Assembly (NCBI GenBank): GCA_902384585.1
Contig: CABMCJ010000002.1
Location: forward strand, 156,179-220,178
Length of the DNA stretch: 64,000 nt
Direction: 5' to 3'
Source: Candidatus Anstonella stagnisolia
GTDB lineage: Archaea; Micrarchaeota; Micrarchaeia; Anstonellales; Anstonellaceae
Of the stretch, positions 27,053 to 36,166 are shown piece by piece. Numbering within the stretch: the first letter of the stretch is position 1; each line of letters opens with the position of its first letter. The position numbers and the translations under genes were made by a program. A model generated the notes under the pieces. It was not told the origin of the DNA and made no database searches. It saw nothing but the letters and a program-made list of their open reading frames with translations.

Positions 27053-27259
27053 CTATGGTTGCCCGCACCTCTCCTCAGATGCGTTTGCCACGGGGTTGTC
27101 CATTATTGTGAATCTTTTTTTAAGGGGAAAATCATCGCGCTTGCAGCAGCCATCGCACTCGGCGTGCGGCGCGCTTTTGTGGTTCGCCACGTGCCTTTGC
27201 CTGTGTTCGCATAGGTAGCCGACTTCATTGTTCAAATCAACGTGTTTTATCCATTCCAT
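27053..27259 (-). CDS. Small Cys/His-rich hypothetical protein (uncertain)
   Basis: 68-aa ORF with C17, H19, H23, H27, H32, C35, C38, C39. It occupies a ~300-nt stretch between idi and the downstream promoter that is otherwise gene-free. Confidence 0.25.
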   Translation of the reverse strand: MEWIKHVDLNNEVGYLCEHRQRHVANHKSAPHAECDGCCKRDDFPLKKRFTIMDNPVANASEERCGQP

Positions 27260-27299
27260 ATTTCTCCCCTTATGGGCGGCAGGGCAAGCCAGCCTACTT

Positions 27300-27355
27300 G
27301 TTTTGCTAAGTATCCTAAGTATTTACTATTAATATCAAGTTTATAATTATATCAG
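27300..27355 (+). promoter_or_regulatory. AT-rich archaeal promoter (TATA-like TTTATAATTATAT) upstream of the small AbrB-like gene
   Basis: aagtatttactattaatatcaagtttataattatatcaggcATG: the TATA-like box sits ~25-30 nt before the ATG at 27358. Confidence 0.4.
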
Positions 27356-27357
27356 GC

Positions 27358-27555
27358 ATGGCAGAAAAAGACGAGAACCTTACAGTGAATGTGAAGAAAA
27401 TTGTCCCGTGGGCGACCGGCTATGCGATTTTCGTTACAAAGGAGGCAAAGGCGCTGGGCTGGGACAACAAGGATTACGTCATAATAACTTCTTCTGAGGA
27501 CAAGGAAGGCGGCAAGATAGAGATAAGAAGGGCGCCAATAAGCAGGAGGAAATAG
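27358..27555 (+). CDS. Small AbrB/MazE-like (swapped-hairpin) protein
   Basis: 65 aa. VKKIVPWATGYAIFVTKEAKALGW...GGKIEIRR resembles the AbrB/SpoVT looped-hinge fold. Confidence 0.45.
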   Translation: MAEKDENLTVNVKKIVPWATGYAIFVTKEAKALGWDNKDYVIITSSEDKEGGKIEIRRAPISRRK

Positions 27556-27625
27556 CTGCAGCTTTGCATTGGGCAAAACTGTGCTAAAATAGATAAATTA
27601 GACGTGTGAAATAGGTGCGGTCCCT

Positions 27626-29329
27626 ATGGAACTTTCGGAATCTATCCGCAAATGGACGCTAAAGAATTCGCATGACTACAAGCTTGCGATACCTGCGAAA
27701 ATAATTGGGAAAGTCATAGGGGAAGTGCCGCAAGCGAAAGCGGACATGAAGGGCACAATGGCGCTGATAAACGATGAAGCGAAAAGGGTGAATTCGCTGC
27801 CTCTTGAGCAGGTGGAGAAGGAGCTTGCTGCTTATTCTTTTGAAGAGAAGAAAGAGGAAAAGCGGGAAATCGAGCTTGAAGGAGCGGTTGCGGGCAAGGT
27901 TGTCACAAGGTTTGCGCCCGAGCCTTCGGGCTATCCGCACATAGGGCATGCAAAAGCGGCGTTCCTTGAGTACGTGCCTGTGCAGAGATACGGGGGCAAA
28001 ATGCTGCTGCGCTTTGATGATACAAACCCCGAGAAAGAGAAAGGGGAATTTGTGGATGCGATTAAGGAGGGGCTCGTGTGGCTTGGGATAAGCTGGCAGG
28101 AAGAGACCTACACATCGGATAGGATGGAAGAGTTCTACGGGTACATTGAGGAGCTTATGGTAAAGCACTGCGCATACGTGTGCACGTGCAATGCAGAGGA
28201 GATAAAGAAGAACAGGATGGGCATGAAGGAATGCGACTGCCGCGCGCGCGACGAGCAGGAGAACTTGCTTCTTTGGAAGAAAATGCTCACCGGAAAGCTT
28301 GCTGCGGGAGAGGCGGTTGTAAGGTACCACGGGGACATGCACGCGCAAAATACTGTGTTGAGGGACCCGACGCTTTTTCGCATAATAGAGGCAAGACACT
28401 ATAGGCAGGGGGAAAAATACAGGGTGTGGCCCTCGTACGATTTTGCCGCCCCAATAATGGATTCCCTTGAGGGAGTAACGCATGCAATGCGCTCAAAGGA
28501 ATATGAGTTAAGGGATGAACTGTACTTTCTCATTTTGAAAAAGCTGGAGCTGCGCGCACCCAGGCTCGTGGGATTTTCGCGCCTTGCAATAAAGGGTGCG
28601 CCTGTTTCAAAAAGGCTTATCACGCCGCTCATTGCAGATGGGAAAGTGAGCGGATATGATGACCCTAGGCTTCCCACGCTTGTTGCGCTTCGAAGACGCG
28701 GAATACAGCCGGAAGCGATAAGGGAATTCGTGCTCTCTTTTGGGCTTTCAAAAGTGGAGAGCGAGCCTGGCTGGGAAAAACTTTTGAACGAGAACAAGAA
28801 AATAATAGACCCGAAAAGCATGCGAAGGTATTTTGTGAAAAATCCGGTTTCGCTTAATGTGATGGGCGCTGTTGAGAGCATCAGGAAAGAGGCGCACATA
28901 CGCAACCATCCAACGCAGGACATGGGGGAGAGGGTTGTGCAAGCGGAGGGGAACTTTTGGATTTCAGGCACGGATGCTGCAAACTTGAAGCCGGATGAGA
29001 TTTTCAGGCTGAAAGATTTGTACAACGTGAAAGTTGCAAAAGTGGGGGACGGGATTGTGGGTGCGCATGCGGGGGAAGAAATGATTATGGGGAAGAAGTT
29101 CCAGTGGGTGAATGCAGCGGACTGCATAAAATGCGAAGTGCTTGTTGCAGGGGACTTGCTTATCGGGGAAAAATACAATGAGAACAGCCTGGGCGTAGAT
29201 GCGGGGCTGTGCGAGGGTGCATGCGCGCAGCTTGAAATCGGGGACATTGTGCAATTTGAAAGGTACGGGTTTGTAAAGCTGGATAAGAAAGAGGAAGGAA
29301 AACTCACATTTGTATTCGTGAGCGGATAA
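27626..29329 (+). CDS. gltX: Glutamyl-tRNA synthetase (archaeal type)
   Basis: RFAPEPSGYPHIGHAKAA is the HIGH region. The length and C-terminal anticodon-binding region are of the archaeal/eukaryotic type. Confidence 0.9.
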   Translation: MELSESIRKWTLKNSHDYKLAIPAKIIGKVIGEVPQAKADMKGTMALINDEAKRVNSLPLEQVEKELAAYSFEEKKEEKREIELEGAVAGKVVTRFAPEPSGYPHIGHAKAAFLEYVPVQRYGGKMLLRFDDTNPEKEKGEFVDAIKEGLVWLGISWQEETYTSDRMEEFYGYIEELMVKHCAYVCTCNAEEIKKNRMGMKECDCRARDEQENLLLWKKMLTGKLAAGEAVVRYHGDMHAQNTVLRDPTLFRIIEARHYRQGEKYRVWPSYDFAAPIMDSLEGVTHAMRSKEYELRDELYFLILKKLELRAPRLVGFSRLAIKGAPVSKRLITPLIADGKVSGYDDPRLPTLVALRRRGIQPEAIREFVLSFGLSKVESEPGWEKLLNENKKIIDPKSMRRYFVKNPVSLNVMGAVESIRKEAHIRNHPTQDMGERVVQAEGNFWISGTDAANLKPDEIFRLKDLYNVKVAKVGDGIVGAHAGEEMIMGKKFQWVNAADCIKCEVLVAGDLLIGEKYNENSLGVDAGLCEGACAQLEIGDIVQFERYGFVKLDKKEEGKLTFVFVSG

Positions 29330-29368
29330 GCACAAAGGAATAAAAAGGGCAGGCAGCCAAAAATATAT

Positions 29369-30382
29369 GTGATATATATGGCTTTGTCCCAACTACCACA
29401 AAAATTCGCAGATGCACCGAAAACAATAAGCGGGCTCGGCGAGATTTGCGTTGCTACTTATAAGGATGAAAAAAGCGGGAAAACGTACGGGCAGAGGCTT
29501 CTTGTGAAAAACGCAGATGGAGAATTCTATGATTACCGCATGTTCAGCAACCCCAAAAATGAAAAGGCATGGCTTAGCGCCGAGGAATGGTGGAACAAGG
29601 TAGGGCTGGACAAGAGAAAATATTCTGTTGAGATAAAATCGCTGAGCGAATCGGGCATAAGCATTGCAAAGGTGGATGCAGGGACTGCTGCTGCAGGGCA
29701 GAAAAACATTGAGAGGGTGCAGACAGGCATTGATGGGATGAGGATTACCGACCTGCGGTACAAATGCGGGATTTTCCGCGACCTTTATAGGCAGGAGAAT
29801 GGGTACGCAGACCTTCTTGGAAGGGCAAAGGCGATAATAGAGAATGTTAACCAGTACGTGCAGATGTATAATGGGGTGAGGGAGCAAAAGATTACGGTGG
29901 CGGATTCGCTTGCGGTAATTGCAACAGAATCCCTAATCGACCCGAATGCAAAATCTCCCACTGGCTGCAAGAATTATGGGCAGTTTTCAACCCAAACTGC
30001 GGATTCGTTAAGGGACCCGGACGGGAATCGGATTTTCACTGAGAGGAAAGTCGGGAAAAGGGGATTGACGCTAAAGGACATTTGGGACCCTGAGAAAGCA
30101 GTGCATGCAACTGTCAATTATTTCACAGAACTGTACGATATGTATGGCGGCAACTATGGAAAGGCAGTGAAGGCATATAATATAGGGCCGGGCAAGGTAA
30201 GGAAAAAAGGCAATACTGGCGAGACAGACCACACCAGGCGCGCACGGGAATGGAGGAGGTTCTTCAAGGAGATAAACGTAGAGCGCCTCCTTGAGCCTGG
30301 AATGACGGTGGAGAAATTCATGCAGCAGCCTGAATTCGCAAACGTGTATGCAAGGCTTGAGCAGCAGTACAAGCGCGCATAA
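29369..30382 (+). CDS. Protein with a family-1 lytic transglycosylase (SLT) domain
   Basis: All three SLT motifs appear in order: E-S (VIATESLIDPNAKSPTG), the Gly/Gln motif (GCKNYGQFSTQTADSL), and AYN-x-GPG (GGNYGKAVKAYNIGPGKV). No N-terminal signal peptide is evident. Confidence 0.65.
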   Translation: MIYMALSQLPQKFADAPKTISGLGEICVATYKDEKSGKTYGQRLLVKNADGEFYDYRMFSNPKNEKAWLSAEEWWNKVGLDKRKYSVEIKSLSESGISIAKVDAGTAAAGQKNIERVQTGIDGMRITDLRYKCGIFRDLYRQENGYADLLGRAKAIIENVNQYVQMYNGVREQKITVADSLAVIATESLIDPNAKSPTGCKNYGQFSTQTADSLRDPDGNRIFTERKVGKRGLTLKDIWDPEKAVHATVNYFTELYDMYGGNYGKAVKAYNIGPGKVRKKGNTGETDHTRRAREWRRFFKEINVERLLEPGMTVEKFMQQPEFANVYARLEQQYKRA

Positions 30383-30417
30383 AGCCTCTTTTTATTTTCT
30401 TCTTCTGATATCTTTTC

Positions 30418-32547
30418 ATGCTGGATGAATTTTCCCCTAAAGTTTTCATTGAGAAGGAGAGCAGTGCGTCTTTTGGGGAGTGCGCAATTGACGAGAGGCT
30501 CAAGTTCGCGCTCTCAAACAGGGGCATAAGCAGGCTGTATGCGCACCAGTGCGAAGCGATTGGGAAAATTGGGGAAGGGAAAAACATTGTGATTGTTGCG
30601 CCCACTGCATCGGGAAAAACTGAGAGTTACATGCTGCCCGCTGTGCTTGCTGCGCTGCGCGGGGAGAATGTGCTTGTTGTGTATCCCACAAAGGCGCTTT
30701 CACGCGACCAGCTTGCAAGATGGAGGGAATTTTCCCTTCTTGGAGTGCGCGCGGAAATATTTGACGGGGACACGAGCGACTACTGGAGGGAGAAGATAAA
30801 GGGAAGCCCTCCGCAGGTGCTAATTACGAACTTTGACATGCTGCACTTTTTACTTATGCAAAGCAGGAATTTGTCGCCCTTTTGGAAAAACCTGAGAATG
30901 GTGGTGGTGGACGAGCTGCACACATACTCCGGAGTATTGGGGGCGCACGTTTCAAACATTGTGTGGAGGCTCAAAAGAGTGTGCGAAAAGCACCAGAATG
31001 CAAAAAAACTGCAGTTTGTGTGCTGCTCCGCGACAATTGCGAATGCGCAGGAATTTGCAAATGCGATTTTTGAGGAGGAATTTGAGGGCGTGCAGGCATC
31101 CGGGGCGCCAAAGCCGTATGTCGAGCACTATGTTGTAAATCCGGGGGATGAGAGCTACACTACAACCGCGCTAAAAGTTGTGAAGGAGCTTGGGAAAAAA
31201 ACGCTTCTTTTTGGGAATTCGCACGCGGTTGTGGAGCGCCTCGGCGTGATGGCGGGGGACATGGGGCTTTCACTTGCTGTGTATAGGGCTGGGCTGGAAA
31301 TGCGGGAGAGAAAAGAGATAGAGGAGGAGTTTCGTTCTGGAAAAGTGAAAATACTTGCAACAACAAGCGCGCTTGAGCTTGGGATAGACATTGGGAGCGT
31401 GGATGCGGTTGTGCTCGCGGGCTTTCCTGGGACTATTACAAGGTTTAGGCAGAGGGTGGGGAGGGCGGGAAGAAAGGGGCAGAAGGCATATGCGGTTTAT
31501 ATTGCGCGGGACAATCCGCTGGACCAGTATTTTGCAGAATCTCCGGAAAGATATTTGGAAGGGGAACCGGAGAGGTGCTTTGTGAACCCCTACAATGAGG
31601 CGGTTTCGCAGGCGCATGTAATATGCGCAAGCAGGGACTTTCCGCTTGCAGACTCTGAGCTCTCTGGGAAAAGGCGGGAGCGCGCAAGCGAATTGCTGCA
31701 AAAAGGGATGCTAAAGCGCTGGGGAAGCAGGCTTATTCCCTCGAAAGATGCGCTGCGCTTTGTAAAGGAGAGCGGGATACGAAGCGAAGCAGAGCCGGTT
31801 GAGATTGTGGATGCGAATACGGGTCGGAAAATGGGTGAGAGGGAAGAGCACATGGCGATAAGGGAGCTGCACCCTGGAGCGATTTATTTGCACGGGGGGG
31901 TGCATTATAGGGGAGTGGAATTTGATGCAAAGGGAAAGATTGCAAAAATTGCGCGGGATGCAAGCGCAAAGGGGTATTATACGAGCGCGCTGCACCAAAA
32001 GGAATACGAGGCGCTTGAAACTATTAAGGAGCGGGAAGTTTTCGGAAGGACGCTTTATTTTGGGAGGATGCATATAAGGGACACGGTGGAGGGGTATGCG
32101 CTCAAGGATGTGTACACGCAGGAAACCGTTGCGAAACATCCCCTTGCGCAGGAACTTGTGCACGAGTTTGATACGCTGGGAATTTGGCTGGATTTTGAGG
32201 GCGAGGCGCATATTGGGAACTTTGCAGACGGGCTGCACGCACTTGAACACGTGAGCATTTCCATGATGCCTGCGATTTGCGGGAGCGACCCTGCGGAAAT
32301 TGGGGGGATTTCTTATCCGAGCGGTGCAATGGCAGTTTATGAGGGGGTTGCATTTGGGAACGGGGCAACCGCGCAGATATTTGAGAAGTATGAGAAAGTT
32401 ATGGAGATGAGTGCGGACAGGCTGGAGAAATGTGCGTGCGAAAAAGGATGCCCTAAGTGCATATTTTCCCCGATGTGCGGGAACAACAATAGGTATTTGG
32501 ACAAGGAGGCTGGGCTTAAGATTGCAAAGGAAGTCCTGAAAAACTAG
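30418..32547 (+). CDS. DEAD/DEAH-box helicase with C-terminal DUF1998 zinc module (MrfA/YprA-like)
   Basis: Motif I VAPTASGKTES, motif II VVDELHTYSG, helicase C-domain motifs, and the C-terminal CACEKGCPKCIFSPMCGNNNRYLDKEAG hallmark of DUF1998. Confidence 0.8.
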   Translation: MLDEFSPKVFIEKESSASFGECAIDERLKFALSNRGISRLYAHQCEAIGKIGEGKNIVIVAPTASGKTESYMLPAVLAALRGENVLVVYPTKALSRDQLARWREFSLLGVRAEIFDGDTSDYWREKIKGSPPQVLITNFDMLHFLLMQSRNLSPFWKNLRMVVVDELHTYSGVLGAHVSNIVWRLKRVCEKHQNAKKLQFVCCSATIANAQEFANAIFEEEFEGVQASGAPKPYVEHYVVNPGDESYTTTALKVVKELGKKTLLFGNSHAVVERLGVMAGDMGLSLAVYRAGLEMRERKEIEEEFRSGKVKILATTSALELGIDIGSVDAVVLAGFPGTITRFRQRVGRAGRKGQKAYAVYIARDNPLDQYFAESPERYLEGEPERCFVNPYNEAVSQAHVICASRDFPLADSELSGKRRERASELLQKGMLKRWGSRLIPSKDALRFVKESGIRSEAEPVEIVDANTGRKMGEREEHMAIRELHPGAIYLHGGVHYRGVEFDAKGKIAKIARDASAKGYYTSALHQKEYEALETIKEREVFGRTLYFGRMHIRDTVEGYALKDVYTQETVAKHPLAQELVHEFDTLGIWLDFEGEAHIGNFADGLHALEHVSISMMPAICGSDPAEIGGISYPSGAMAVYEGVAFGNGATAQIFEKYEKVMEMSADRLEKCACEKGCPKCIFSPMCGNNNRYLDKEAGLKIAKEVLKN

Positions 32548-33191
32548 CCTGAGCCGTCGGTTTCGTTCAGCGAGCCGAACATCTGGAGAGATTTTGTTGG
32601 GTTGATTTTTTCAAACAATGTGCGAAGCTCATTCAGCTTTTCGCGTATGCCATCCAGCCCGTATGCGCGCGCGATTTCCATTGCAGAGATGTACCTTCCG
32701 CGCCGTATTTCAGTAGTTGCTGCATCATGTGCGCGGCCACGCACCGCAGCATCATCAAGCTTGAAATGCCGCGCCAGCTCGTGCACAAGCTCGTCGTCGT
32801 TTGTTAGTATGCAGCAGTATATTGCGGCTTTTGAAAGTTCAATTTCCAGTTCAGTGGGCTTTTCGCGGGCTGGCGGGCGCATTTTTATTATGCTGTGATT
32901 TAGTGAAAAGCCAAGCTTGGAGAGAGCATTGTCGCGAAGTTTCATGTATTTTAGGATGCTGGGCTTTGCGCTTTCCCGCGCGTGCGCACGCATTGCGCCC
33001 AGAAGACTGAAGCTTTCCTTTTTTTTATTCTCTTTTGCAAGATGCTGCGCAACCTGCAGGCGGTCTGTCATAGGGAGCATGCTTATGAAACTGGCAAAAG
33101 AATCAGGGCGTGGGGGTTTCTTGGGGGCAGGAAGATAGAGAGTAGACATTCCTATGCCTGTGAGTTGTAAAACGTTTATTCGGGCTGCCAT
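32544..33191 (-). CDS. Hypothetical protein
   Basis: 215-aa ORF convergent on the helicase with a 4-nt overlap. No motif recognised. Confidence 0.35.
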   Translation of the reverse strand: MAARINVLQLTGIGMSTLYLPAPKKPPRPDSFASFISMLPMTDRLQVAQHLAKENKKKESFSLLGAMRAHARESAKPSILKYMKLRDNALSKLGFSLNHSIIKMRPPAREKPTELEIELSKAAIYCCILTNDDELVHELARHFKLDDAAVRGRAHDAATTEIRRGRYISAMEIARAYGLDGIREKLNELRTLFEKINPTKSLQMFGSLNETDGSG

Positions 33192-33220
33192 ATGGACACC
33201 AAAAGGTGATATAGGCCAGA

Positions 33221-33706
33221 TTAAGCCTTCTTGCTTGCTTCTGCGATTATCACGACGTCTGCTGTGTTGCGCAGCGCGACTGAAAAGCCGGGTTCTGCGC
33301 CGATTACGATTGTCTCTTTCCCAAGTTCCTTTGCCTTTACGAGCACGGGGCGGAAATCAATGTCGCGCGTCATGAGCGCGATTGCGTGTATGTGGGGGTT
33401 GAACACCTGCTCCATTGCCTCAACTGCCATTGTAACGTCTACGTCGCCGGTTGTTATTTTGGGCTCAAAGCCCTGGTTCACCATTGCCTCTATGAGCTTG
33501 TCGGATGCGTACTGGTCAAGGAAAATGCGAGCGACCTTTATTGTGCCGTGCTTTTCAACCTCGTGGCGCACCTTTTGCAAATCAAGGTTCATCTCGCGCC
33601 TTATCACGTTGGGGCCGTCTATGAGAAGCGCGACGTTCCTGCCTTCCACGTTCTTTTGCTTGAACATTGTCTTGAGGTTTTTTAGCTGCTCGAACATATC
33701 CATCAC
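33221..33706 (-). CDS. NYN/LabA-like (PIN-fold) domain protein, putative RNase
   Basis: VALLIDGPNV ... TTGDVDVTMAVEAM ... ALMTRDIDFRPV is the NYN/LabA acidic-residue pattern. Confidence 0.7.
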   Translation of the reverse strand: MMDMFEQLKNLKTMFKQKNVEGRNVALLIDGPNVIRREMNLDLQKVRHEVEKHGTIKVARIFLDQYASDKLIEAMVNQGFEPKITTGDVDVTMAVEAMEQVFNPHIHAIALMTRDIDFRPVLVKAKELGKETIVIGAEPGFSVALRNTADVVIIAEASKKA

Positions 33707-33714
33707 TTATGCTT

Positions 33715-34452
33715 TCATTTTATGCTGAAAAATTCCAATGCGTTCTTTGTGGTGCGCTCCTGCGCCTCTTTTTCAGGCATTGAAAGCGCGTCGGAAACCA
33801 TCCTTATGCTTTCCTGCACCGCAAGGGGCGTTTTCCCTATGTAGGGCGCGTCTGTTTCGCACACTATATTATGGGCGCCTGCTAATTTAATTGCTTGCTT
33901 TCTCTCCTTGGAGCGAAGGGGAGGAAGGGAGAGGAGCGCGCCCAATTCCAGAAGCCTTTTTGTGTGCTCCTGCTTTCCACCGTAGCAGTGCATCATTATG
34001 GATTTTGGCTGCTGCTGCGCAAGCACATCTATGACTTCGTCCATTGAGTTGCGCGAGTGTATTACAACCGGAAGGGAGAGCTTTTTTGCAAGGGAGAGCA
34101 TGGAGAGAAAGCATCCCATCTGCCTGTCCTTTTCTTCCTGCGTTTTCGCCCAGTGGTAGTCAAGCCCGATTTCGCCGATTGCAACAAGCTTGCCGGGAGA
34201 GATTTTTGAACACGCAACTATGAACTCTTCTGCCTTTTGCACTTCGGCGTTCACGTCTTCGAATTTCATTGCTTCCTGCGGCGCGATTCCTAGGCAGCAG
34301 AAAACGTTCGGGTTTTCTTTTGCGATTTCAAAGTTTTCAATGCTGCTCTTGTGGGAATAGCCGCACGTAATGTGCAGGAAATCCGGCTGCTGTGCTGGCG
34401 AATACTCCTTCATGCTCTCTAGGTGGCAGTGTGAATCGCAAATGGAAAACAT
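33715..34452 (-). CDS. TatD-family metal-dependent hydrolase/DNase
   Basis: The start is trimmed to MFSICDSHCHLE, the TatD HxH motif. TatD-like downstream motifs follow (VVIHSRNS, HCYGG, ETDAPY). Confidence 0.75.
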   Translation of the reverse strand: MFSICDSHCHLESMKEYSPAQQPDFLHITCGYSHKSSIENFEIAKENPNVFCCLGIAPQEAMKFEDVNAEVQKAEEFIVACSKISPGKLVAIGEIGLDYHWAKTQEEKDRQMGCFLSMLSLAKKLSLPVVIHSRNSMDEVIDVLAQQQPKSIMMHCYGGKQEHTKRLLELGALLSLPPLRSKERKQAIKLAGAHNIVCETDAPYIGKTPLAVQESIRMVSDALSMPEKEAQERTTKNALEFFSIK

Positions 34453-34579
34453 ATGGGAAATATGGGCGTCCGAGATATATATTCGTTTGTTTGGCATTTG
34501 AAAGGAAGATGGAAGCAAAGCGCCAAACAAAAGCGAAATGGTTTTTAAGCGCGTGGCGGAAAGAGAACTTGGTGATGCT

Positions 34580-36097
34580 ATGAAAAAATTGCTATTGGTA
34601 TTTGCGCTCGTCGCAGTGCTTGGGATTGCATTCATGCAGTTGGGATTTGCGCAGGAAGGCGCAAAATCATCGGTATCCGTGGATGCGCCCGTGAAAACTG
34701 TGATGTTGTATTCAAACGGGATGAGCTACGTTGTAAGGGAAGGGGCGTACGACTCGCAGGCGCAGGATGCGTACGTGAAGGTCCTTGGGATTGGAAATGG
34801 CGCAGTTTTCTCCAGCATGCAGATGGCGATGGGAGGGGAGGATGCGTACATGCAGAGGTTCTTTGACAGGGATGTGAACGTAACGAAAAAGGAAGTTAAA
34901 TCCGTGACCCTTCTTGAGCTTCTTAATGCGAGCATGAACCAGACTGTTGCGCTTAATACAAGCAATGGGATGAAAAGCGGCATCCTTGTGCATGCGGACG
35001 AGAATGCGGTGTGGCTTGAGAACGCCGGAATGCTTAATGTTGTGCAGCTTGGCGACATCACTGGCGTGAAGTCCGCCAGCAGCCAGTATGCAAAAGAGTA
35101 CTCTTGGAACGAAACCCAGAGGGAAAGGGGGGTGGAAGGGATATTTTACGGCATTGGAAATGGGAAAAAGCCGCTCTCGGTGAGCTACCTCTCAAGCGGC
35201 GCATCCTGGACTCCAGTAACGTATGCGTACGTGGGAGGGCAGGATGCAGGGAGCGCGGATTTGAAGCTCTATGCAACGCTCCAAAACAACGGGGGGGAGG
35301 GATGGGACGGGATTTCTGCAAAAGTGGTTGTGGGATACCCGCACATTTCTTACAATGCGCCTTATCCAAGGCCGTATTATGCTGAGAGTGCAATGAAGGT
35401 AAGCGCTGCAGGGGTGCCTGCATATGACAGCGGCACTTCGAACGCGGCACAGTTCTCGCAAAGCGGGGAGTATTATGTGTATACGATTGCAAAGCCCGTG
35501 AGCCTTGCGGACGGGGAACAGGCAAAGTATGAGCTATCTTCGGGAAGCGTGCAGTACCAGAAGGAAAACGTGTGGGAAACATACTGGGCATACCCGCAAA
35601 AGGTGCTTGTGTTCAACAACACGCTGCAGAGGCCGATTGCGGCAGGCCTTGTGAAAGTGTATGAGAACGGCATGTTTGCAGGGGAGGCGAGCGTGGATTA
35701 CATCCCTGCAGGCAAAAAAGCCGAAGTGCAGTATGCAGACGTTGCGGATGTGAGCGCAAAGAAGGCGGTTGAACAGGCTACCGAGAAATCTGGGTCGAAT
35801 GCGCAGGTAACAACCTACAGCGTGAACATGACGCTTGAGAACTTTGGCACGCAAAGCACAAAAATAAAGGCAATAGATACGATGTACTCGGGGGACAAGG
35901 TGGAATTCGTTTCCTCAAACGTGCAGCCGGAGAAACTTGGGGAGAACCGGCTCCAGTGGAGGGTGGACGTTCCGGCTGGCGGGAAAGTTGTCGTGAGTTA
36001 CACGTACAGGATAACGAACTACTACAACACGCCTGTGTATTATGGGGTGCCAACCGTGGGCAGCGTTGGTGCTGCTGAAAGCGCACCTTCAAAATAA
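34580..36097 (+). CDS. Secreted protein of unknown function (signal peptide; possibly DUF4139-like)
   Basis: The start is trimmed to MKKLLLVFALVAVLGIAFMQLGFAQE, a signal peptide. The rest is ~500 aa and beta-rich. The DUF4139 assignment is a guess from overall pattern only. Confidence 0.5.
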   Translation: MKKLLLVFALVAVLGIAFMQLGFAQEGAKSSVSVDAPVKTVMLYSNGMSYVVREGAYDSQAQDAYVKVLGIGNGAVFSSMQMAMGGEDAYMQRFFDRDVNVTKKEVKSVTLLELLNASMNQTVALNTSNGMKSGILVHADENAVWLENAGMLNVVQLGDITGVKSASSQYAKEYSWNETQRERGVEGIFYGIGNGKKPLSVSYLSSGASWTPVTYAYVGGQDAGSADLKLYATLQNNGGEGWDGISAKVVVGYPHISYNAPYPRPYYAESAMKVSAAGVPAYDSGTSNAAQFSQSGEYYVYTIAKPVSLADGEQAKYELSSGSVQYQKENVWETYWAYPQKVLVFNNTLQRPIAAGLVKVYENGMFAGEASVDYIPAGKKAEVQYADVADVSAKKAVEQATEKSGSNAQVTTYSVNMTLENFGTQSTKIKAIDTMYSGDKVEFVSSNVQPEKLGENRLQWRVDVPAGGKVVVSYTYRITNYYNTPVYYGVPTVGSVGAAESAPSK

Positions 36098-36099
36098 GC

Positions 36100-36166
36100 C
36101 CATTTTCTTTTATTTTACTGCGGGCGCCCTCTTTTACTTTTTTATTTTTTCAATGTTTTTCTTTTT
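36100..36166. terminator. Bidirectional T-rich terminator region between convergent genes
   Basis: Multiple oligo-T tracts (ttttcttttattttac...cttttacttttttattttttcaatgtttttctttttttatttt) lie between the stop of 34580-36097 (+) and the stop of the MFS gene (-). Confidence 0.35.

Noticed and set aside
28399-29307. 302-aa minus-strand ORF inside gltX, and the 274-aa ORF at 27659-28483
   Set aside because: Antisense to GluRS, which has a clear HIGH region. Ser/Pro-rich low complexity.
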